DNA of 64,000 nt. Source: Candidatus Uhrbacteria bacterium (lineage in GTDB: Bacteria > Patescibacteriota > Patescibacteriia > UBA9934 > GWF2-40-263). Position 1 is the first letter of the stretch; the number at the start of each line of letters is the position of its first letter. The stretch covers positions 56,940-120,939 of the forward strand of contig JAPLZK010000002.1 of NCBI GenBank assembly GCA_026395055.1, written 5' to 3'. The position numbers and the translations under genes were made by a program. Positions 8,536 to 17,931 of the stretch are shown one piece after another. Under the pieces are notes generated by a model that saw nothing but the letters and a program-made list of their open reading frames with translations, did no database searches and was not told the origin of the DNA.

Positions 8536-8579
8536 CCAAAGCCCCTCCTGCAAAGGAGGGGTTGGGGGAGGTTTCGAGC
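8536..8579. repeat. right 44-bp inverted repeat flanking the DUF559 gene
   Basis: 44/44 reverse-complement match to 8072-8115. Confidence 0.8.
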
Positions 8580-8594
8580 TTGTCCTCCAAGTCA

Positions 8595-10859
8595 TTATCG
8601 TCTCGCCGTCGCGCCACTCGCAACTTCTTCTAACTTCACGGAGAGCAAATTGCTGACTCCGTCGTCTCCCATGGTCACTCCATACAAGACATCTGCTTTT
8701 TCCATGGTTGCGCGGTTGTGTGTCACAACAATGAACTGAGAATTTTTTGATAGGTCATCAAGAATGGAGGCAAAGCGCATCGTGTTTGATTCATCGAGCG
8801 CGGCATCAACCTCATCGAGCACCACGAATGGGGCTGGGTTTACGGCCATGATAGCGGAGAGGAGGGCAATAGATGTAAGCGCACGTTCTCCTCCAGAGAG
8901 AAGATTCAAGGATTTCAATTTCTTTCCCGGAGGTGTTGCTTGAATATCGATTCCGACCACGCCGTCATCGTACGCGGCAATGCGTTCACGGATGGCATCT
9001 GTCTTATCGCGTTCCGCTTCACCTGTATCTTCGAACACGCGTTCTGGTGTGACTTCTGTTTCTTCATCTGCTTTCAAATCTTCTTTTGAGAGCTTGATGA
9101 GGGAACACGATCCACCGTTAAACAAAATTTTGAAATACTTTTCAAACTCTTTGTTGATGAGTGCGAAGACCTTCTTCGACTGGGTTGCAATGTCTTCATC
9201 AAGTTCGATCACGATTTTTTCGGTTGCGTTGATCGCTTTTTTCAAATCTTGAATTTGCACATCCAGAAACTCGAATCGCTTTTTTGTATCTTCATACTCA
9301 ACAACGATTTCTGGATCGATTCCACCAATCAGTTCAAGTTTGTAACGCAAGCGTTGGATTTCTGGGTAGATGGCGTTTGCATCCACGGCGTATTCTTCCC
9401 GTTTTGTGCGAACAGCAACTGCCGATTCTTTCATCGCTTCATCCATTTCACGATTCAAACTTTTCTGACGCTCTTCGAATCGTGCGGATTCGATGTTGAT
9501 GGAGTTGCGTTGGTTCTCGAGTAAATGAATTTGTGTTTGCTTCTCACGCAACTCCCGTTGCATGTCGATCAACTCTGTGCGAACTTGTTTTTCTTTTTGT
9601 GCGTACGAGTCAATCTCACGTTCTTGTTCAACAAGTTCTGCTTTGATGCGTTGCTCGTCGAGTGCGAGCGCGGCTTTCTTTTCGAGAAGCACAGGATCCG
9701 GTTTGATGTCTTCTGGATTTGGTTTGCGCAAACGCTTGTTCAATCCAACAACTTTGTCGAGAACAGAATCGATCGCAAGATGAAGGGCATCAATGTCTTT
9801 GAGGGATTTTAAATTTTTGAGGAGAACATCGAGTCCATCAATCTCTTCCACAATTTTCAAAAGGGGGAGTGGGGCCCAGTTTGATTGCGCACGCACTTTT
9901 GTGAGCTCGATTTCTTTTTCGATTTGAAATTGTGCTTGGCGACACGTGTCACGCTCACGTTGTTTTTCGCGGTATACTTTTTGTAATGCGGTGAGTCCTG
10001 CATCTTCTCCTGTTTCAGAAGTCTCGACCGCTTTTGTTCGTGATTCGATGACTTCAAGTTCAGATCGCTTCTCGAGAATGCGACCATCGATCTCACCAAG
10101 CTGCGCTTTCACGCCCGCGAGTTCGTCTACAATATTCCACCAGAGTGTTCCATAGTAAGATGTTTCCATTCCACGCAATTCACGTTCCACTTCTTCGCGT
10201 TCCGAGAGTCTTGAAACCTGACGCTTGAGGGATCGTAAGCGCGGTTCGATTTCTTGCACGAGCATTTCTACGTCTGTGAGATTTTCGAGTGTGCGTTTTA
10301 ATTTCAAAATCGCTTCATGGCGTTTGAGTTGAAGAGGCTTTACTCCGGTCGCGTCATCAAAAAAACTTTTGCGCTCTTCAGGAGTTGAAACCAGAATGTG
10401 ATCGATCATGCCTTGTCCGATGACCGAGTAGGATCGTTGACCAACGTTTGCTTGTGCGAGGAGAAGTTGGATGTCCGCAAGGCGCGCCGTGCCATCGTTC
10501 AAAAGATATTCTGAGTTACCATCGCGGTAGAGTCGGCGTGTGATGGTGACTTCGGAATAATCGATGGGCATCATTTTGTCTTCGTTGTTGAGCGTAATAG
10601 AAACTTCCGCGAATCCAGAACGGCCGCGACCTTCCGAGCCAGAAAAAATCACGTCCTCGGATTTCTTTCCGCGAAGAAGCTTCATGCTCTGCTCACCCAA
10701 AACCCAACGGATGGCATCCGCAAGATTGGACTTTCCTGATCCGTTTGGTCCCACAATGGAAGTGAGTGGATAGCGATCTACCGCGGGCGGAAGAAACGAA
10801 AGGGAAGTTTTTTTGGCAAAGGTTTTGAATCCTTGAACGGAGAGTTTCGACAGGTACAT
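8595..10859 (-). CDS. smc: SMC-family chromosome segregation ATPase (short form, 754 aa)
   Basis: N-terminal MYLSKLSVQGFKTFA, Walker A GPNGSGKSN, long coiled coil, C-terminal LSGGERALTSIALL signature and DE Walker B. Confidence 0.7.
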   Translation of the reverse strand: MYLSKLSVQGFKTFAKKTSLSFLPPAVDRYPLTSIVGPNGSGKSNLADAIRWVLGEQSMKLLRGKKSEDVIFSGSEGRGRSGFAEVSITLNNEDKMMPIDYSEVTITRRLYRDGNSEYLLNDGTARLADIQLLLAQANVGQRSYSVIGQGMIDHILVSTPEERKSFFDDATGVKPLQLKRHEAILKLKRTLENLTDVEMLVQEIEPRLRSLKRQVSRLSEREEVERELRGMETSYYGTLWWNIVDELAGVKAQLGEIDGRILEKRSELEVIESRTKAVETSETGEDAGLTALQKVYREKQRERDTCRQAQFQIEKEIELTKVRAQSNWAPLPLLKIVEEIDGLDVLLKNLKSLKDIDALHLAIDSVLDKVVGLNKRLRKPNPEDIKPDPVLLEKKAALALDEQRIKAELVEQEREIDSYAQKEKQVRTELIDMQRELREKQTQIHLLENQRNSINIESARFEERQKSLNREMDEAMKESAVAVRTKREEYAVDANAIYPEIQRLRYKLELIGGIDPEIVVEYEDTKKRFEFLDVQIQDLKKAINATEKIVIELDEDIATQSKKVFALINKEFEKYFKILFNGGSCSLIKLSKEDLKADEETEVTPERVFEDTGEAERDKTDAIRERIAAYDDGVVGIDIQATPPGKKLKSLNLLSGGERALTSIALLSAIMAVNPAPFVVLDEVDAALDESNTMRFASILDDLSKNSQFIVVTHNRATMEKADVLYGVTMGDDGVSNLLSVKLEEVASGATARR

Positions 10860-10968
10860 ACGATATAGGTGGGGTTCCGAGACCCCGCGCGAATGGGAAG
10901 ATATTAGTTCGGAATAATTATAGCACGGTTGACCGCCGGCTTAGGATTAGATAGTGTAGGGAATTCCT

Positions 10969-11985
10969 ATGGAGTTATTGACCCACAAACGCATTTACGA
11001 CCTTTTGCTTTCCGCACAGAATCCTGTGCTTGTTTCGGATGTGCGTCTGGACGGAGACTCTCTTGGCTCTGTGCTTGCGATGTATCACTTTTTGCATCAA
11101 CACGGGAAACCATCTCGTGTCTATGTCGCCGAGGCCGTACCCGAACAATATCAATTCTTGCCAGATGTTCATGTCTGCTCCACAGATGCAAAGATTTTTG
11201 ATGATTCGACGATTGATCTTGTGGTGGTGTTTGATTGTTCCGAGGCAGAGTTCGTCACGAGTCTTGTTGAACGTGTAGACGGGAATCCGATGATTATCAA
11301 CATCGATCATCATAAAACGAATCCAAAGTACGGGCATGTAAACCAAGTGCTTGTCGACGCGCCCGCAACAGCGGAAGTGGTCTTTCGATTTCTTGAGGCC
11401 AATAATGTTGTGATCACAAAGCATGTTTCCACGTGTCTTCTTGCAGGTTTGTGTTTTGACACAAACATGTTCTCGAACTCTGCGACAAACGAACGTGCGC
11501 TCGACACAGCATCTCAACTTATTCTGCATGGCGCTCGTGTTCAGGATGTTATCCGCACCATGTTTCAGAATCGTTCCGTAAGTGCACTTCATGTTTGGGG
11601 AGCTGCTCTCGAGCGTTTGACGGACCATCCCGAAATTCGTGTAATGACGACCGTGCTTACGCGATCAGATATTGAGACGCATCAAGTCACCGATGACGAG
11701 ATTGATGGACTGTCAAACTTTTTAAATCTCGTGGCCGATACGGATACATTATTTGTTCTTCGTGAAACCAAAGAAGGTGGAGTGAAGGTTTCTATGCGCT
11801 CCCGAACAAAAGACGTTTCAAAAATTGCGAGCGCACACGGCGGGGGAGGACATGCCAAAGCAGCCGGGTTTACGCTCCCGGACGCGAGTCTGGTCGAGAA
11901 CGAGTCGGTTTGGTGTGTGTCGAGAGAAGAGCGAGTACATCCGATTGCACACGCACTACGCTTTGAAGAGTTTTTTTCTGTGTAA
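10969..11985 (+). CDS. nrnA: DHH-family phosphoesterase (NrnA-like oligoribonuclease/pAp phosphatase)
   Basis: DHH motif INIDHHKTN, DHHA1 GGGGHAKAAG. Confidence 0.75.
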   Translation: MELLTHKRIYDLLLSAQNPVLVSDVRLDGDSLGSVLAMYHFLHQHGKPSRVYVAEAVPEQYQFLPDVHVCSTDAKIFDDSTIDLVVVFDCSEAEFVTSLVERVDGNPMIINIDHHKTNPKYGHVNQVLVDAPATAEVVFRFLEANNVVITKHVSTCLLAGLCFDTNMFSNSATNERALDTASQLILHGARVQDVIRTMFQNRSVSALHVWGAALERLTDHPEIRVMTTVLTRSDIETHQVTDDEIDGLSNFLNLVADTDTLFVLRETKEGGVKVSMRSRTKDVSKIASAHGGGGHAKAAGFTLPDASLVENESVWCVSREERVHPIAHALRFEEFFSV

Positions 11986-11995
11986 TTTCTTTTGT

Positions 11996-12062
11996 GTCAT
12001 TGCGAGGAGTTCGACGACGCGGCAATCTTTCGAAAAGATTGCTTCGCTTTGCTCGCAATGAC
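11996..12062. repeat. palindromic repeat element copy 1 (GTCATTGCGAGG...CTCGCAATGAC)
   Basis: imperfect long hairpin immediately after nrnA stop; shares termini and core with element at 44270-44363. Confidence 0.6.
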
Positions 12063-12095
12063 AAGAAAAATAAACCGTGCTAACATTTTTTCACT

Positions 12096-12713
12096 ATGAA
12101 TTACAAAATTACTTCCAAACTCCAAACCGTTGAGGACAACTACCTCGTTCCAACTGTTATAGAAAAAACCAACATGGGTGAGCGTGCGTATGACATTTAT
12201 TCTCGTTTGCTTAAGGATCGCATCATCTTTCTTGGAACGGAGATCGATGACACGGTTGCAAACCTCGTCATTGCCCAGCTTTTGTTTCTTGAAAGCCAAG
12301 ATAAAACAAAAGAAATAAAACTTTACATCAACTCTCCAGGTGGATCCGTTACCTCTGGCCTCGCTATTTATGACGCCATGCAATACGTAAAACCCGATGT
12401 TTCAACCATTTGTGTTGGAATGGCGGCGTCTATGGCAGCGGTACTTCTTGCATCTGGTGCGAAAGGAAAGCGCTTCTGTCTTCCAAACTCAGAAGTCATG
12501 ATCCACCAAGTATTGGGAGGTGTTTCCGGACAAGCAACAGACATTAAAATTCATGCAGAACGTATTTTAAAGATCAAAGATCAGTTGAATACAATTCTTG
12601 CAAAACACACAGGAAAGAAGAAAGCTCAGGTAGAACAAGACACAGAACGTGACTACTTTCTGGATCCAGGAGAAGCGTTGACTTACGGATTAATCGATAA
12701 GGTGATAAAATAA
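12096..12713 (+). CDS. clpP: ATP-dependent Clp protease proteolytic subunit
   Basis: [28 protein letters not shown], catalytic Ser region [18 protein letters not shown]. Confidence 0.9.
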   Translation: MNYKITSKLQTVEDNYLVPTVIEKTNMGERAYDIYSRLLKDRIIFLGTEIDDTVANLVIAQLLFLESQDKTKEIKLYINSPGGSVTSGLAIYDAMQYVKPDVSTICVGMAASMAAVLLASGAKGKRFCLPNSEVMIHQVLGGVSGQATDIKIHAERILKIKDQLNTILAKHTGKKKAQVEQDTERDYFLDPGEALTYGLIDKVIK

Positions 12714-12725
12714 GCGTGTCAAAAA

Positions 12726-12752
12726 ACGAGCCGGAATTTGGCTCGTTTTTTT
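12726..12752 (+). terminator. intrinsic terminator after clpP
   Basis: CGAGCC-ggaattt-GGCTCG followed by T7. Confidence 0.7.
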
Positions 12753-12857
12753 ATCTGTTCGCACATGTAGGACAGTTTTTTGGCGGCTTTTCTTTCGTTT
12801 TAGATCGAATCTGACTGTCGTGTTTGCATTTTGCTTACAAAATGCCAATAAATACGC

Positions 12858-13109
12858 TTGACAAGAGGATGCTGCGCTGATAGACTCCTCTCTTCCGCTA
12901 TGGAAGCATTGATTTCTCTGTTCCGCTTAGGATGTTACCTACGTCTACCTTATCGCGACTGACCTGCAGGCACGACAAGCATGGGATTTCAAAAAATGGA
13001 TGCATCAGGTCTCCGGACTCGATCTCTCCATTTGTGAAATTTCTTGCCTGCAGCTTAGTCACGAGAAGTTTTCTGAAAAGATCGTTCACATATGTGCACG
13101 ATCTTTTTT
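12858..13109 (+). ncRNA. candidate small RNA of unknown class
   Basis: sigma70-like promoter TTGACA(12858)-N17-TAGACT(12881), ~215 nt without credible ORF, long-range pairing CCTGCAGGCA/TGCCTGCAG, ends in hairpin GATCGTTCACATATGTGCACGATC + T6 (13080-13109). Confidence 0.3.
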
Positions 13110-13167
13110 GTTATCTTCATCGATCTTACGACGTTTGAAATTTCACGCAAGAGAAACTGTGGATAGA

Positions 13168-15057
13168 TTACGGAGTCACGGGAGTGGGAGTTTCAGGAGA
13201 GGGAATTGTTTGTGTGGGATTCACTCCCACTAAACAAATTTTTGGAAGAGGACGGTAGTGTGACGTATAAACTTTTTCTGTTTTTGTTCCGTCCGGATTT
13301 TGAATGGTGTAAGTAAAAGATGTATTTGCTCCTTTGTGTGCTTCCTGACATTTTTCTTCACCCGGTTTTAAGTCCGTTGATGCTTGGTCAATTTCGTCGC
13401 CGTACGGAATCCATTTTGAAACGATGGGTGGGGTGTAGGATCCTTTGCGACCATCACTTGTGCCCCAGAGTGTAAACTTCAATTCTGTTTTTGAGGGAAT
13501 ATTTTCTGCTTCAAATAAGATGTAGTGTTCCGTGTTGTTTGTGAATTTGAAATCCGGCGCTGGATCAAAAATCGTTGCGTCTGTTCCTGGATTTCCATTT
13601 GAAGGATCATTGTAATACGAAACAACGAGGGAATGGTTTTGACGTGCGTTAATGGGGAGTCCTGCATGCATAACTGCACGAAAGGCCGTTGTTCCAATTT
13701 GGCAAAGACCTCCGCCGATGTCCGGTTCAATCTTGTCTCCTTTGATGACAAGTTCACGTAGATATCCATTTTCTGTTGTAAAAGGTTTGAGCGCTTCAAG
13801 TAAAGAAAATGTTTCGCCTGGAGCAATGAGGAGTCCATTTAATAAGTTCACTCCATTTTGAATGTTAAGTTTTCTATTCTTTGGACTCTTTCCATAATTT
13901 GAGATTCCATATCCGAGTATTTCATCAATTCCAATATCATTTACTTCTGCTGTTTTGACAGAGGGTTTCTCAAGAGTGGTTGCAATCAGAATAGGGCTTG
14001 TGGATCCTTGGGTTATTTGGGCGAGTGTATCTTGAAATAATTTTTCCGTATCAACCGTAATACCATTTTTGCTTTCTGCAAATTTTACCGCATGACTGCT
14101 TTTGATGACGAAGCGAGCATTTTGTGCTGGAACGTTTACCGCTTTTATGATTGGTTCAAGAAATGTATTGAACGAATCGCGATTTAAACTGACCGTTCCA
14201 TCCTGTGTTGGAACGAGGAGTGTTTCGAGTGTGTGTGAATCAAGCTTCCAAGAATCTTCTGTTTCATCTTCATGTTTATAAACCAAGTGATAAGGTGCGG
14301 CACCTAAGATGGCTTGGATGATTGGAATTTCTTTTGCGGCAACCTCTTCTGTTACAAGAGGTTTGCGTTCTGCTTTCACAAGATCAATGGGTTCTGTGCT
14401 GAGCGTTTCGAGCGTATTTGAGAGTGCAGCTTCAAAGGCGGCGTCATCAATTTGATCGCCAGACACGCCGGGTTTTACTTCAATATTCCAAGTATCTGCG
14501 GAAGGTTTTATGACGAACGCTGTCTCCGCGGCAAAATGTTCGTCCGTTGCAAACAAGGCGTGAAGCGATTGGTTGAGTTCGGATGTATGAACAGAAAAAC
14601 GCATCGCTGTGCGAAAGGGTCGAATGAGTGCGTATAGAATTTTGTTTGTGTTTACGATTGGGTTTGCGTCATGACGAGCCATCTCTGTTGTTTTCAGTGT
14701 TTGATCTAAATCGAAATTTACATATTCAACAAGATCAGACCCGATGAGTGTTGAGAGAGGGAGGTTTTTTGTTTCTCCGTTATAGCGAACATCAATTCCG
14801 TGATTCAGCAATTCGTCCGCTTGTTTTTGTAAAATGGCACGTGCTTCTTCTGGAGTCTTTCGTCCAATATCAACACCACCAACAAAAACATTGGGGGCGA
14901 TGTAACCATTATATTTTTCCGCATAACTCCACGCACCCCAACCAAGGCCGGTGAGAATGAGAACGGTTGCAATGCTGCCACCTACAACATATTTCGAAAA
15001 TCCTCTCGAGGATTTATTCGAGAGGGTTGGAAGGTGTGTCTGTTCGTCTATATGCAT
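13168..15057 (-). CDS. VanW-family protein with N-terminal membrane anchor
   Basis: N-terminal TM; C-terminal region GGGLCQIGTTAFRAVMHAGLPINARQNHSLVVSYYNDP typical of VanW domain. Confidence 0.6.
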   Translation of the reverse strand: MHIDEQTHLPTLSNKSSRGFSKYVVGGSIATVLILTGLGWGAWSYAEKYNGYIAPNVFVGGVDIGRKTPEEARAILQKQADELLNHGIDVRYNGETKNLPLSTLIGSDLVEYVNFDLDQTLKTTEMARHDANPIVNTNKILYALIRPFRTAMRFSVHTSELNQSLHALFATDEHFAAETAFVIKPSADTWNIEVKPGVSGDQIDDAAFEAALSNTLETLSTEPIDLVKAERKPLVTEEVAAKEIPIIQAILGAAPYHLVYKHEDETEDSWKLDSHTLETLLVPTQDGTVSLNRDSFNTFLEPIIKAVNVPAQNARFVIKSSHAVKFAESKNGITVDTEKLFQDTLAQITQGSTSPILIATTLEKPSVKTAEVNDIGIDEILGYGISNYGKSPKNRKLNIQNGVNLLNGLLIAPGETFSLLEALKPFTTENGYLRELVIKGDKIEPDIGGGLCQIGTTAFRAVMHAGLPINARQNHSLVVSYYNDPSNGNPGTDATIFDPAPDFKFTNNTEHYILFEAENIPSKTELKFTLWGTSDGRKGSYTPPIVSKWIPYGDEIDQASTDLKPGEEKCQEAHKGANTSFTYTIQNPDGTKTEKVYTSHYRPLPKICLVGVNPTQTIPSPETPTPVTP

Positions 15058-15058
15058 A

Positions 15059-15457
15059 TTATAAATCGTCTAAATCCAAAATACTGATTGGTTTATCCAT
15101 TTCTGTTTTCTTCAGACGAATGGTGAGCACACCTTTTTTGAGAATGGCGTCTACGGAGTTTGGGTCTACGTGACTTGGAAGAATGATGGATCTGGAAAAC
15201 GCACCCCAGTGACATTCCTGGACATGCGTTTTTCCGCGTTTGAATTCTGAGATTTCATTCGCGCGACTTCCACGAATGGTTAGAGTGTCTTCATGCAATG
15301 TGATGTCCAAATCTTCTGCATTTACCCCCGCGATTGCACTTCTTACCACGATTTCCTTTGCCGTTTCCATAACGTCAACCGAAAGCTGACCTTCGTTTTG
15401 TGAAAACCAAGAACTATCCGTGAAATCGTTTTGAATGTATTCGCGTTGCGGACTCAT
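15059..15457 (-). CDS. Hsp20/alpha-crystallin small heat-shock protein
   Basis: alpha-crystallin core SVDVMETAKEIVVRSAIAGV...GVLTIRLKK; start MSPQREY chosen to avoid overlap with upstream gene. Confidence 0.75.
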   Translation of the reverse strand: MSPQREYIQNDFTDSSWFSQNEGQLSVDVMETAKEIVVRSAIAGVNAEDLDITLHEDTLTIRGSRANEISEFKRGKTHVQECHWGAFSRSIILPSHVDPNSVDAILKKGVLTIRLKKTEMDKPISILDLDDL

Positions 15458-15470
15458 AGTTACCGATATT

Positions 15471-16262
15471 TTACCCGTTTTGTGTTTGTTGCGCCAGCGT
15501 TTCCATTTTCCCGGAAACAGACCAAAGGAGTTCAAATAGTTGTTGAATCATTTCTCGGATTGATTTGCTTGTGATCATGACGTGCGCGCCTTCTGATTTG
15601 GTTGAGAAGATGACGATTGTGTCATCCCAAAACAAGATGGAGGCATGAAACGAGAGGTCTGCGGGGAGAAAACGTGCTTCGCGTAATTCTTTTGCATGGG
15701 TCGCGGCACTATATTGCTTAATTTCATGTGATCGAACACGGAGACTTTTTAAGTTGATGTTTTTTTGCACGCGACGTTTTGAATAGTGAAACTTTTCGCC
15801 GATAACTTCCTGAAATTCCTTTGCCGAGACAATCTCGTAAACCGTTTTGGATTTTGCGTTCAAGGATTCATTGAGAATATCGGTCACACGCTCGCGTTCG
15901 AAAATTTTGATGCGCGCCTGCTCGAGGGTTTCTGTTTTGAGTGAAGCAAGAAGTGGCAGAATGCCCGCAACGGATTTAGCTTGTTCGGTAAGAAGTGTTT
16001 TAAAGACATCTGGATGGTGTGCTTGAAAAACGCTGCGGGATTTATTTTTCGTGACATCAACCACACCTTTTTTCACAAGGCGTTGCATGGTGGATTGGAT
16101 GGTTGTGACAGGAAGCGATAATCGGCGGGCGAGGGGGGTGAGAGTTGTGGAACCCATTTCGAGGAGCGCAAGGTAAACGCGCTCATCTTTTGGATTAAAC
16201 CCAAATCCCGAGAGAACCTCGGTGATTTCCTGCTTTTGTTTGGGGGTGAATTGATTGGGCAT
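15471..16262 (-). CDS. TrmB-family transcriptional regulator
   Basis: N-terminal wHTH EVLSGFGFNPKDERVYLALLEMGSTTLTPLARRLSLPVTTIQSTMQRLVKKGVV; strong palindrome GGGCGGGTCGTGACCCGCCC in the 5' leader. Confidence 0.55.
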   Translation of the reverse strand: MPNQFTPKQKQEITEVLSGFGFNPKDERVYLALLEMGSTTLTPLARRLSLPVTTIQSTMQRLVKKGVVDVTKNKSRSVFQAHHPDVFKTLLTEQAKSVAGILPLLASLKTETLEQARIKIFERERVTDILNESLNAKSKTVYEIVSAKEFQEVIGEKFHYSKRRVQKNINLKSLRVRSHEIKQYSAATHAKELREARFLPADLSFHASILFWDDTIVIFSTKSEGAHVMITSKSIREMIQQLFELLWSVSGKMETLAQQTQNG

Positions 16263-16495
16263 ATCGAATGCGTAGGGGCGGGTCGTGACCCGCCCATCGA
16301 TCACAAAAAGTATATTTACGAAAAATATCGTAACAAATTTTTCGAACTTCGTCAATCAAATAAGCTAAAATTTATTGAACACCAAGTAAACATGTGAATT
16401 TTTATCGCATGAAATGTCTGTTTTGATTATTCTGTTGTTGTAAGTGATCGAGAGAGGTCACTTATGCCAAACGTTCCTTACAACAGAGGTGAATC

Positions 16496-16741
16496 ATGAA
16501 GGTTCTTACGGTGTTTCGTGGATCTCTTTGGTCTGATGTTTATCGCTGTAGTGCATGTCGCTCCACGATGCGTGTCGATCTGAAAGATCTTGAGCCGTTC
16601 TGGACTTCGCCAGCCTATGGTCCGCTTGATTGCGATTCGACATTGCATCTGTATTTCTATTGCGGACAGTGTCAGAAGAAAAATAAAATCGCGATCACAG
16701 AAAAATTGAAGACGTTGTTTCCAGAACCAAGTTCTTACTAA
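16496..16741 (+). CDS. small MKVL zinc-ribbon protein, paralog 1
   Basis: 81 aa; CxxC...CxxC (CSAC, CGQC); GAGGTGAATC-ATG. Confidence 0.5.
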   Translation: MKVLTVFRGSLWSDVYRCSACRSTMRVDLKDLEPFWTSPAYGPLDCDSTLHLYFYCGQCQKKNKIAITEKLKTLFPEPSSY

Positions 16742-16753
16742 TGGGAGGACATC

Positions 16754-16987
16754 ATGAAAGTTTTGAAGAAAGGTCCTGATACGAATTGGGGCAAGGAGAT
16801 GCGGTGCACGGGGTACGGTCTCGGCACAACGGGCGGATGCGGTGCACTTTTGCTCGTGTCGCCTCGGGATGTGAAGAGTCACTACGACGATGGTGATACA
16901 TCCTATTGGTTTGTGTGTCCCGAGTGTGGTGCGCGGACCTATGTCACGAGTCGGACGTTTTCTCAACTGCAAGGAGGTGTCTCATGA
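16754..16987 (+). CDS. small MKVL zinc-ribbon protein, paralog 2
   Basis: 77 aa; MKVLKKG...RCTGYGLGTTGGCGALL...CPECG. Confidence 0.5.
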   Translation: MKVLKKGPDTNWGKEMRCTGYGLGTTGGCGALLLVSPRDVKSHYDDGDTSYWFVCPECGARTYVTSRTFSQLQGGVS

Positions 16988-17244
16988 AGGTTCTTGAAAA
17001 GGGGCGGCCGCAAAAGGGTTGGAGTCATACGTACAAATGCACTGGTTCCGGAAATGGTGGTGGTGGGTGCGGAGCAAAGTTGCTTGTCGAGTTCAATGAT
17101 CTCTTCAAGACGCATCACTACGATTATGGTGGCGGACACGATGTCTACATCACCTTTTTGTGTGCTGAGTGTGGTGTTCTTACGGATATTGATTACTCCG
17201 GCCCCAACAGCAGCTCGATTCCCGATCACCGGAGGGTGTCATGA
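16984..17244 (+). CDS. small MKVL zinc-ribbon protein, paralog 3
   Basis: 86 aa; ATGA overlap with paralog 2; MKVLEKG...KCTGSGNGGGGCGAKLL...CAECG. Confidence 0.5.
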   Translation: MKVLEKGRPQKGWSHTYKCTGSGNGGGGCGAKLLVEFNDLFKTHHYDYGGGHDVYITFLCAECGVLTDIDYSGPNSSSIPDHRRVS

Positions 17245-17678
17245 TTCTCACCGTCGATATTCTCGTTACGATCGCAAAGAAAGAAGTTCTTCTCATCAAA
17301 CGTGCCAAGCCCCCATTCGAAGACAGGCTGGTAATGCCGGGCGGGCACGTGGAAGAGGAAGAAGAACTTTGTGTGGCGGCGGCGCGGGAGCTAGAGGAGG
17401 AAACACGACTGACCGTTTCTTCCGAAAGCCTCGTGCCGCTCCTCGTTCTCGATGCAATCGATCGTGATCCACGTCCGGGTCATCGCGTTTCCCATGTGTT
17501 CTGGATCGACTTGCTTGATCGTTCCATGGTTGAGATGTGTCGCGCCGAAAGTGATGCGAAAGAGATTGTGATTCGGTCACTCGATTCGCTTGTCGAGTCA
17601 GACATCGGATTCGATCACTGGTTCGCCCTCGAGAAACTCAAAAAGGAGATCGCTCATGAAAGTGCTCGAGTATCCTGA
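17241..17678 (+). CDS. NUDIX hydrolase
   Basis: Nudix box GGHVEEEEELCVAAARELEEETRL; ATGA overlap with upstream gene. Confidence 0.7.
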   Translation: MILTVDILVTIAKKEVLLIKRAKPPFEDRLVMPGGHVEEEEELCVAAARELEEETRLTVSSESLVPLLVLDAIDRDPRPGHRVSHVFWIDLLDRSMVEMCRAESDAKEIVIRSLDSLVESDIGFDHWFALEKLKKEIAHESARVS

Positions 17679-17901
17679 TTTCTCTTGGTCTGAAGAACTG
17701 ACGTGTAAAAAGTGCGGAGCAAAGTTGCTCGCAGAAATTCAGGACGTGATTCTTGAGTCGACAGGTCGATTCTTTGTTGTCTGTCCTGTGTGTGGTGAGC
17801 GCTCTCACGCAAAAGAAGTTCTTCCCTGGTTTGTCCAAGCGCACGCGCGAGGACAACCGGTTGGTTGGCCGCCTGGTCAAAAACCAAAACCAAGAAACTA
17901 A
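17656..17901 (+). CDS. small MKVL zinc-ribbon protein, paralog 4
   Basis: 81 aa; MKVLEYP...CKKCGAKLL...CPVCG; overlaps NUDIX 3' end by 23 nt. Confidence 0.5.
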   Translation: MKVLEYPDFSWSEELTCKKCGAKLLAEIQDVILESTGRFFVVCPVCGERSHAKEVLPWFVQAHARGQPVGWPPGQKPKPRN

Positions 17902-17931
17902 AACCCGAGCGGTTCACTCTCGGGTTGTTTT

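Noticed and set aside
8147-8623. Longer 158-aa version of the DUF559 ORF
   Set aside because: The N-terminal 31 residues are translated from the 44-bp inverted repeat; DUF559 homology begins at MHELF, so the start was placed at 8530.
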